A stretch of DNA of 64,000 nt from Rickettsiales bacterium (GTDB lineage: Bacteria; Pseudomonadota; Alphaproteobacteria; UBA8366). Positions within the stretch are counted from its first letter, which is position 1; every line of letters begins with the position of its first letter. The translations under genes were made by a program, and so were the position numbers. Shown here one piece after another: positions 57,241 through 64,000 of this stretch. The notes under the pieces are model-generated. The model did no database searches and was not told the origin of the DNA. It saw only the letters and a list, made by a program, of their open reading frames with translations. Location: positions 66,414 to 130,413 of the forward strand of contig PBOZ01000059.1 of assembly GCA_002724555.1 (NCBI GenBank), written 5' to 3'.

Positions 57241-58101
57241 ATGAAGTATCGGGGAATTGAAGTGCGTCCCGTGGCAGGGGCCATCGGTGCGGAGGTACTT
57301 GGCCCAGATTTGTCCGAAGAATTGTCCGAAGAGGCGGTTGCGGCGATTAGGTCTGTTCTTATTGAGCGGTGTGTTGTTTTTTTTCGCGATCAACAAATTT
57401 CAGATGAGCATTTGGTGCATTTTGGCCGGCAGTTCGGAGAATTAGCACCTCTGCCACCGCATCGACAATTTCCAGGAAAATTTCCCGAACTTTTAGTTGT
57501 CGATAAAAAACCGGAGGACAGGCTGAACTTTGGTTGGGAGTGGCACTCGGACACGAGCCATTTAGAGGTACCTTCTCTTGGTTCAATTTTAGTCGCGAAA
57601 ATCGTGCCACCGATTGGTGGTGATACGCTTTTTGCGAATCAATATCTTGCCTATGATACTCTTTCCGGAGGAATGAAAAAAATGTTGGGCCAAATGCGCG
57701 CGGTCCATTCGAATGGTCGTATTCTTAGAACTCTTGATGAAGGCAACACTCCGCCCCGTGGGTCGGAGGCGATTTCGGCAGACTGGGCTGAAATGTGGGC
57801 GACCCACCCTGTTGTCCGTACACATCCAGAAACAGAACGAAAAGCGCTTTATGTAAACGAGATGCATACTGAACGTTTTGAGGGGATGACAGTAGACGAA
57901 AGCCAACCACTTTTGCAGTTTCTCTATCAACATTCGACCCAGCCAGAATTGACTTGTCGATTTCAGTGGGAAGAAGGATCGATTGCTTTTTGGGATAACA
58001 GGTGTGTGCAGCATTTAGCATTAAATGATTACCCTGGTCACCGAAGATTGATGCACCGAGTTCAGGTCAAGGGTACGACACCTGATAATGCAGGAGATTG
58101 A
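57241..58101 (+). CDS. TauD/TfdA family Fe(II)/2OG dioxygenase
   Basis: AGGAGA SD. Carries WHSDTSHLEVPS (H-x-D), HPETERKALYVN and FWDNRCVQH. Confidence 0.88.
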   Translation: MKYRGIEVRPVAGAIGAEVLGPDLSEELSEEAVAAIRSVLIERCVVFFRDQQISDEHLVHFGRQFGELAPLPPHRQFPGKFPELLVVDKKPEDRLNFGWEWHSDTSHLEVPSLGSILVAKIVPPIGGDTLFANQYLAYDTLSGGMKKMLGQMRAVHSNGRILRTLDEGNTPPRGSEAISADWAEMWATHPVVRTHPETERKALYVNEMHTERFEGMTVDESQPLLQFLYQHSTQPELTCRFQWEEGSIAFWDNRCVQHLALNDYPGHRRLMHRVQVKGTTPDNAGD

Positions 58102-58103
58102 AC

Positions 58104-59054
58104 ATGTATAAGGCAGATGTAGATACGCAACGTATGATCGATTGGGCGGCAGCCGCAGGTTTGCCGCCACTTCACTCCTTGTCGGCAGAAGCAGCGCGAG
58201 CGCAATCTGCGGCTGGCACGGCAAAGACGGCATTGGATCTCGAACCAGTAGCGAAAATCGAAAATTTTGACATTGACGGTGGCGGCGGAGCTATACCAAT
58301 TAGGATTTATCACCCAGCGGATGCTTCAGAAGGGCCGAAGCCGATCGTATTGTATTACCATGGTGGCGGATTTGTTATTGGAAATGTGGATACACATGAC
58401 TCGATTCCGCGTGTTCTTGCCAATCGCGCAGCCGCAATAGTGGTGTCCGTCGATTATCGTCTTGCACCCGAACATCGTTATCCGGCAGGGGTTGAAGATG
58501 CGGTGACGTCCGTCTTGTGGGCCGCGGAACATGGTGCTGCGATTGATGGTGATCCACAACGCATAGCGGTTGCGGGCGATAGTGCAGGAGGAAATCTTGC
58601 TGCTGTTGCCGCTCTTCGTGTGCGAAAGACAGTTGGTAAGGCTTTGGTTGCACAAGCTTTGTTATATCCGGTAACTGATCATGGCGATTTGTCGGTCCAC
58701 CAATCAAGGACCGATCATGCGGATACGTTTCCAATTCGTAAACCACTGATGGCGTGGTTCCATAATCATTATTTCGGACATGACAAGCCGATGACTGAAC
58801 CAGACGCTTCGCCCCTCCATGAGGCGGATTTAAGCGGGGCTGCTTCCGCTTATGTAATGACTGCCGGCCTTGATCCGCTTTTGAGTGAGGGGAAGGCGTA
58901 TGCCGACGCGCTTGAAGCGGCGGGTGTTGATGTTGTTTACAGTTGCTGGGAGAGCACCATTCACGGTTTTCTGCAGATGGGACAGGTAATTCCTGCGGCA
59001 AGAGACGCACTGCACGAAGCTGCTGATTTCCTGAAGCAACAATTCAGAGGTTAA
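58104..59054 (+). CDS. Alpha/beta hydrolase, hormone-sensitive-lipase-type esterase
   Basis: Oxyanion motif HGGGF and nucleophile GDSAGGNL. Confidence 0.88.
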   Translation: MYKADVDTQRMIDWAAAAGLPPLHSLSAEAARAQSAAGTAKTALDLEPVAKIENFDIDGGGGAIPIRIYHPADASEGPKPIVLYYHGGGFVIGNVDTHDSIPRVLANRAAAIVVSVDYRLAPEHRYPAGVEDAVTSVLWAAEHGAAIDGDPQRIAVAGDSAGGNLAAVAALRVRKTVGKALVAQALLYPVTDHGDLSVHQSRTDHADTFPIRKPLMAWFHNHYFGHDKPMTEPDASPLHEADLSGAASAYVMTAGLDPLLSEGKAYADALEAAGVDVVYSCWESTIHGFLQMGQVIPAARDALHEAADFLKQQFRG

Positions 59055-59060
59055 GACGGG

Positions 59061-59822
59061 ATGCCTGTTGGCAGAGTTTCTGGCAAGACAGCTTTAGTGA
59101 CGGGAGGTGCTTCCGGTATAGGTGCGGCGATTGCATCGGTTTTGAGTGGAGAAGGCGCAAATGTTGTTATTGCGGATTTAAACAAAACGGCGGGGAAAAG
59201 ATTTGCTTCTTCTCTAACAAATGCCGTCTTTACACATCACGATGTAACTAATGAAACGGACTGGGTGGCGTGCATGGCCGAGACACGGCATCGGTTTGGC
59301 TCGCTTGAAATTCTTGTCAATAATGCAGGCGTTATGCCGGCAACGCACACTATTGAAGAGACCTCTTATGAGGAGTGGAAGCGTGTAATGTCGGTGAATA
59401 TGGATGGCGTTTTTTTGGGTGTTAAACACGGTATTAGTATGATGAAGGAGAGTGGTGGTTCAATTATTAACCTTTCTTCAATAATGGGATTGATCGGTGA
59501 GGCAATTGTTGGTGCCTATGGTGCGTCCAAAGGTGGGGTGCGTCTTTTTACAAAGTCTGCGGCAGTGGAATGTGCTAATCTTGGATATCCAATCCGTATT
59601 AATTCCATTCATCCAGGTTACATCGACGCTGGCATGTTTGCGGCTATGGCGGATGAATTGGGAGCTGATACTCTGCGTCAGCGTTTTGCTGCGCGAACAC
59701 CGATGAAGCGTCTTGGCAAAGCTGATGAAATCGCTAAGGGCGTTTTATTTCTGGCATCCGACGAGTCCAGCTTCTCCACCGGTTCTGAGCTTGTCATTGA
59801 TGGCGGCTATACCGCCCGTTAA
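59061..59822 (+). CDS. SDR family oxidoreductase
   Basis: 253 aa. Carries TGGASGIGAA, NNAG and YGASKGG. Confidence 0.9.
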   Translation: MPVGRVSGKTALVTGGASGIGAAIASVLSGEGANVVIADLNKTAGKRFASSLTNAVFTHHDVTNETDWVACMAETRHRFGSLEILVNNAGVMPATHTIEETSYEEWKRVMSVNMDGVFLGVKHGISMMKESGGSIINLSSIMGLIGEAIVGAYGASKGGVRLFTKSAAVECANLGYPIRINSIHPGYIDAGMFAAMADELGADTLRQRFAARTPMKRLGKADEIAKGVLFLASDESSFSTGSELVIDGGYTAR

Positions 59823-59835
59823 TGAGTTTTTTTTA

Positions 59836-61416
59836 ATGAATAAACCGACGAGCCGGACGGTACCAAACCTTCTCGATGAGCTCGCATATCTTCAGCCAGA
59901 ACAGCCTTTTGTCATTGATGGTGAAAATTGCCTGACCTACGGCGACTTTCGAAACTTGGTGCGCACCCATGCTAAGGGATTATTGTCTATTGGCGTCAAA
60001 AGGGGCGATCGTATCGCGATCCTGATGGGCAATCGGGCCGAATGGTTAATCGCATATTTCGCCATTATGAATGTTGGTGCAGAAGTTGTTGCACTTAATA
60101 CTATGGCGTCGCCGCGTGAACTTGCATACCAACTGACGCATGCAAAAATAACCGTAATAATTTTTGAACCGTGGTTTCGCGATCGCGACTTTTGGGAAGT
60201 TTTGGGAGAAGTAAAAAGAGAATACGGTTTGGACCCTCTGCCAACATTTCTACCTGTCGACACAGGTCCCGCGAGTGCCCTTACATTTGGCCAACTGCCA
60301 GAATTGGGCGCATTGGTCAAAGAGGATGCATTAGCGGTGTCACAAGCGAAAGTTAGCTCGGAGGATACCGCCTGTATACTCTACACGTCAGGGTCAACGG
60401 CTTTACCGAAAGGTGTGCCACTGCACCACTGGGCTATGATCGATAATGCATGGTCGATTGGTGAGCGCCAACACTTGACGCCGGATGACCGGTTGTGGCT
60501 AGCGGTCGCTTTGTTTTGGTCTTATGGGTGCGTTAACGCACTGTTTGCGTTAATGACGCATGGTGGAGCCATTGTGCTGCAGCATCATTTCGAACCAGGT
60601 GAGGCATTGCGCTTGATTGAGTGTGAGAGGTGTACGGTATTTTATGGAACCGCGGCAATGTCTCGCCCGATGTATGAACATCCGGATCGGCCAAATAGGG
60701 ATCTTTCATCGCTTCGTACAGGAACGACGATCGGAACACCGGAACAAGTACAACTGGCCGTCGACCTAGGCGCAAGCGAGATCTGCAATGTCTATGGGCT
60801 AACGGAGGCCTTTGGGAATTCCTGTGTCATTGATGCGAAAATGCCACTGGAACGCCGACTGGTTAGCTCGGGTCCGGTGCTCGATGGCGTTAAGATAAAA
60901 ATTATTGATGTTGATACCGAAGAAAATGTGGCAGCCGGTGAGATGGGAGAGATCCGTCTGCATGGACATTTAACCAATGGCTACTTGAACGACCCGGAGC
61001 GAAATGCTGAGGCGTTTGACAGTCGGGGTTACCTCAGGACGGGTGATCTGGGTACTTTGGACGAAGAGGGGTTCCTGACCTATCGAGGACGCCTCAAGGA
61101 GATGGTGAAAACCGGTGGGATCAATGTAGCACCTGCGGAAATAGAGGCTGTATATTCGCGGCATGAGGCTATTGCCGAAATTTATGTTACCGGTATTCCT
61201 GACGACCGTTTGGATGAAGCGTTAGCGGAAGTCATTGTGAGTAAGGGTGAACCACCCACAAAAACCGCGCTTGTTGAATTTGGGCGAAAGGTGCTGGCAG
61301 GCTACAAAGTGCCGCGTCATTATCGATTTGTTATGGCAAAAGACCTTCCGCTAACGACCACCGGTAAGCTTAAGCGAAATGGTCTGGCCGATCTATTTAA
61401 AGAAGATAATTTTTAG
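59836..61416 (+). CDS. Acyl-CoA synthetase (AMP-dependent synthetase/ligase)
   Basis: Carries YTSGSTALPKGV, YGLTEA and TGDLGTLDEEGFLTYRGRLKE. The start at ATG 59836 is inferred from family N-termini, and no SD was seen. Confidence 0.85.
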   Translation: MNKPTSRTVPNLLDELAYLQPEQPFVIDGENCLTYGDFRNLVRTHAKGLLSIGVKRGDRIAILMGNRAEWLIAYFAIMNVGAEVVALNTMASPRELAYQLTHAKITVIIFEPWFRDRDFWEVLGEVKREYGLDPLPTFLPVDTGPASALTFGQLPELGALVKEDALAVSQAKVSSEDTACILYTSGSTALPKGVPLHHWAMIDNAWSIGERQHLTPDDRLWLAVALFWSYGCVNALFALMTHGGAIVLQHHFEPGEALRLIECERCTVFYGTAAMSRPMYEHPDRPNRDLSSLRTGTTIGTPEQVQLAVDLGASEICNVYGLTEAFGNSCVIDAKMPLERRLVSSGPVLDGVKIKIIDVDTEENVAAGEMGEIRLHGHLTNGYLNDPERNAEAFDSRGYLRTGDLGTLDEEGFLTYRGRLKEMVKTGGINVAPAEIEAVYSRHEAIAEIYVTGIPDDRLDEALAEVIVSKGEPPTKTALVEFGRKVLAGYKVPRHYRFVMAKDLPLTTTGKLKRNGLADLFKEDNF

Positions 61417-62171
61417 TCATAATTGGGTTTTCGTTTTTCGAGGAAGGCAGCAACTCCTTCTTTAAAATGAGCACTGTGACGGACTGCATCCCCCAACTTT
61501 TGGTCAAGCGCCTCTTGTGTAAGTGCATGCTCAGCGATTTCAGTGCTGATCTTGCGTTTAACTGCTTGCACGGCGGATGGACTATTGGCGGCAATGGTCT
61601 CAGCCAAATTTAATGCCCAATCTATAAGACTATGAGTATCGATAATTTCGTTAATCAGGTCGATCCTGAGGGCCTCTTCCGCCTCCACCAATTCTGCGCC
61701 GAGTATTAGTTTCATCGCATGCACATATCCAATTTGATGAATTAATTTCACGGTCGCTCCGCCAAATGGATAAATGGAGAGACGCACCTCCGGCAACCCA
61801 AACCGGGCATGTGGCGCAGCAGCCCGTATATCTGATGCAAGCATTAACTCGACGCCTCCTGCCACGCAGTCGCCGTTGATCGCGGCAATAATTGGCTTGG
61901 GAAATATCTCGGTCTTTAAAAGCGCCTTGTTGATTTTCGCCACGGTATCCGGCGACGCGCTTAAATCTCCACTCACGTCCGCGCCAGCACAGAAACCTTT
62001 GTTACCGGTTCCAGTAATAACGATACATCGATGTTCTGAACGCGCAAGTTCATCCCAAAGGTTAGCTAAATCGAATAGCATTTGTCTTGTCATCGCGTTA
62101 CGTTTGGATTCGTTGTCTAACGTAATCAGCGCGATATGCTTTCCAAAATTCTCAACGCGAAGTTCTGCCAA
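61413..62171 (-). CDS. Enoyl-CoA hydratase/isomerase (crotonase) family
   Basis: 252 aa. Carries GNKGFCAGADV and PIIAAINGDCVAGGVELMLASD. Confidence 0.9.
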   Translation of the reverse strand: MAELRVENFGKHIALITLDNESKRNAMTRQMLFDLANLWDELARSEHRCIVITGTGNKGFCAGADVSGDLSASPDTVAKINKALLKTEIFPKPIIAAINGDCVAGGVELMLASDIRAAAPHARFGLPEVRLSIYPFGGATVKLIHQIGYVHAMKLILGAELVEAEEALRIDLINEIIDTHSLIDWALNLAETIAANSPSAVQAVKRKISTEIAEHALTQEALDQKLGDAVRHSAHFKEGVAAFLEKRKPNYD

Positions 62172-62335
62172 AACTCACCTCCTTTGGCCCGCTATTTGCT
62201 CAGCTAAGCTGCCCGCAACGTGGCGTGTTTTGTTTAACGCAAACTATGTGGTTGGCCTATTTCTCTTTCAAGTGGGTAATTCTACGGTTCAGAAATACCG
62301 GCTATGTCATCAATTCTGTGATGGTGTATTGTGTG

Positions 62336-63493
62336 TTAGAATAAGCGATCGCTCGCAATTTGAGCACCTTCTTTCATAACGCGTAGTTTTGCCCAGACTA
62401 CATCGGCCGTGACGCGGCCCATGCCGGCTGAAGTATCAAAGCCGCAATCAGTGCCCGCTTGAATGCGCGTTGGATCACCAAGCATCTCGGCGGCACGTTC
62501 CAAGCGATCGGCAACAACTTCTGGGTGCTCCACAAAGTTCGTCAGTGTATCGATGACGCCGACGATTAGTGACTGATTTGCACCAAGTGGAATGTCACGG
62601 AACAACTTTATTTCGTGTTGATGCCTTGGATTTGCAAAAGGCAGTAAAAAGGCGCCAACGTCGGCCTCTAATATGGCAGGAAGAATTTCTTCCAGCGCGA
62701 TATCTTTGTCATGTGGCGACTCATAGTTACCCCAGCAAACGTGGAGGCGGATGCGGTCTCGGGGGATGTTAGTGACAGCTCGATTGATGCTTTGAATGAC
62801 ACGTTCAACAAACTTCACAAAGTCAGAAACTGACCGATTGGCGAACGAAAGATGCCGTTCAAGCGCCAAATCAGGCGCATCAATTTGTAAAAGATAGCCA
62901 TGCCTGTGGGCGGCCTCATATTCGATCTGGAGCGCCTCGGCTAATGCCTCTAAGTAGGCATCGTCATCTGGATAGAATTCATTCTTCATCGCCGCCGCAA
63001 CAATTCCAGGGGACGGGGCGGTCATGAAGGCGTCTGAAAAGTCTGCGCCGGATTGATTTAAGGCTGCCGCAAAGGTCTCCAATTCTGCTTCATTTTCTTC
63101 TCGGTTTGCGTACGTGACGGCACCAGTAGCCATAGGTGGATTAAAATTACTAACCGATTGATCATTTGCGATTTGCCGCCGCCTCAGGTCTGCATATTCG
63201 GGATAAGCAGCAAGCTCATCGCCATGTGGGCGTTTCCATTTTCCAGAAAATCCTGTCATTCGCCTTTGTACATAGAGAAAAAAAGCCTCACGCAGTTGTT
63301 CTCCATCACTTGGGATATCGATGCCTGCGTTACGTTGTTGATCCACCACCCAAGATGTGGCCGCTTCGCCCTCCCGCACGAGTTCATGTTTATCAATAGC
63401 TTCGCCTCTAGCGCGTTTAGCATAAAGCTCAACCAGTTTGGCTGGTCGCGGAAGGCTACCGGCATGGGTCGTTAGGATTCGCTTCTTGGGCAT
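62336..63493 (-). CDS. Cobalamin-independent methionine-synthase-like protein (MetE C-terminal domain / Meth_synt_2 family)
   Basis: ATG 63493 with an AGGAAG SD. Starts MPKKRILTTHAGSLPRP. Zn-ligand-like motifs are HVCWGN and GTDCGF. Confidence 0.78.
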   Translation of the reverse strand: MPKKRILTTHAGSLPRPAKLVELYAKRARGEAIDKHELVREGEAATSWVVDQQRNAGIDIPSDGEQLREAFFLYVQRRMTGFSGKWKRPHGDELAAYPEYADLRRRQIANDQSVSNFNPPMATGAVTYANREENEAELETFAAALNQSGADFSDAFMTAPSPGIVAAAMKNEFYPDDDAYLEALAEALQIEYEAAHRHGYLLQIDAPDLALERHLSFANRSVSDFVKFVERVIQSINRAVTNIPRDRIRLHVCWGNYESPHDKDIALEEILPAILEADVGAFLLPFANPRHQHEIKLFRDIPLGANQSLIVGVIDTLTNFVEHPEVVADRLERAAEMLGDPTRIQAGTDCGFDTSAGMGRVTADVVWAKLRVMKEGAQIASDRLF

Positions 63494-63605
63494 GGTCGCT
63501 TCCTGAATTTCTACCAAATGAGGTGGACTTGCAGCCCGGGGCGGCAATGCATTCTTTCGGTCTATATGGATAGGGACTTAATGTTAACCAAAAGGAATTC
63601 TGAAA

Positions 63606-63908
63606 ATGGCTAAGAAGACACCTTACGAAGTGGTTCCACAACTCGGCAAATTGCGCGATGACGTATTATTTGGTGACGTTTGGGAGCAGCCGGAACTTTC
63701 CAAGCGCGATCGGAGTTTGGTAACGATTTCTGTTTTGACGGCGCTTTACCGTACGGACGAACTTCGCGGTCATATGAAGCGTGCACTCGATAACGGTGTT
63801 ACACAAGATGAGATCCGCGGTATGATCACCCACTTGGCCTTTTATGCCGGATGGCCAACGGCGGTAAATGCTGGCCGAATTGCTGCTGAAATTTTTGAAG
63901 ATGATTGA
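63606..63908 (+). CDS. Carboxymuconolactone decarboxylase (CMD/AhpD-like) family protein
   Basis: 100 aa. Carries VWEQPELSKRDRSLVTISVLTAL...THLAFYAGWP. Confidence 0.85.
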   Translation: MAKKTPYEVVPQLGKLRDDVLFGDVWEQPELSKRDRSLVTISVLTALYRTDELRGHMKRALDNGVTQDEIRGMITHLAFYAGWPTAVNAGRIAAEIFEDD

Positions 63909-63915
63909 TTGAACA

Positions 63916-64000
63916 ATGTCAGGTGAAAAAACACCTTATAAAGTAGTTCCACAGCTCGGCCGGCTGCGAGACGAGGTCGTTTATGACGGTGTGTGGGAGC
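63916..64000 (+). CDS. CMD family protein, second tandem copy (5' fragment truncated by the window end)
   Basis: It translates MSGEKTPYKVVPQLGRLRDEVVYDGVWE, which is colinear with the N-terminus of 63606-63908. Confidence 0.7.
   Translation, partial: MSGEKTPYKVVPQLGRLRDEVVYDGVWE

Noticed and set aside
63494-63605. Possible cobalamin or SAM riboswitch ahead of the MetE-like gene.
   Set aside because: The divergent intergenic region is only 112 bp and is shared with the CMD gene promoter. No B12-box or SAM-II-like consensus was recognisable by eye. An Infernal scan would be decisive.
1-64000. Window-wide search for defence systems, CRISPR arrays, toxin-antitoxin pairs, prophage, IS or integron elements.
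   Set aside because: I found no nuclease, helicase, reverse-transcriptase, integrase, transposase or Cas-like ORFs and no spaced direct-repeat arrays. Gene content is metabolic and housekeeping, so no such claim is made.

Overview
This 64-kb window is a densely coding chromosomal region. About 58 CDSs can be supported. Gene content suggests a mid-GC, probably marine, alphaproteobacterium: split pntAA/pntAB/pntB, gatCAB, rpsU-def-COQ9-like, DUF465/DUF2390 and many catabolic enzymes. That taxonomic call is inference only. I found no rRNA, tRNA, CRISPR array, IS element, integrase, phage gene or recognisable defence gene.

Layout, in order:
- 1-7.1 kb: a small Asp/Asn beta-hydroxylase-like gene, then a YejABEF-type peptide ABC importer.
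- 7.1-15.5 kb: an uncharacterised glycan or lipid-modification cluster. It contains a formyltransferase-like gene, two paralogous GT28/COG4671-like glycosyltransferases flanking a GT4, and a methyltransferase-like gene. It also contains a 1033-aa ABC-type membrane protein with a motif-degenerate, expanded nucleotide-binding domain and a C-terminal cyclic-nucleotide-binding domain.
- 16.2-19.7 kb: fused indolepyruvate:ferredoxin oxidoreductase.
- 20-34.6 kb: assorted metabolic genes, including PepF with two tandem DadA-like flavoproteins and an ABC1 kinase.
- 34.7-39.4 kb: pntAA-pntAB-pntB, rpsU, def and a COQ9-like gene.
- 39.6-40.9 kb: a DUF465/DUF2390/DUF465 mini-cluster.
- 43-45.2 kb: a TupBCA-type oxyanion transporter.
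- 45.3-52 kb: hydrolases, GST and transporters.
- 52.2-55.4 kb: gatCAB.
- 55.5-62.2 kb: an unassigned acyl-CoA-type catabolic cluster.
- 62.3-64 kb: a MetE-like gene and tandem CMD paralogues.

The best candidate for an undescribed system is the 7.1-15.5 kb cluster. Two features stand out there: the pseudo-ABC/cNMP protein, and a G10 homopolymer in the divergent promoter of the glycosyltransferase operon.

All functional calls come from motif and family recognition by eye. No database search was run, and start codons are best guesses.
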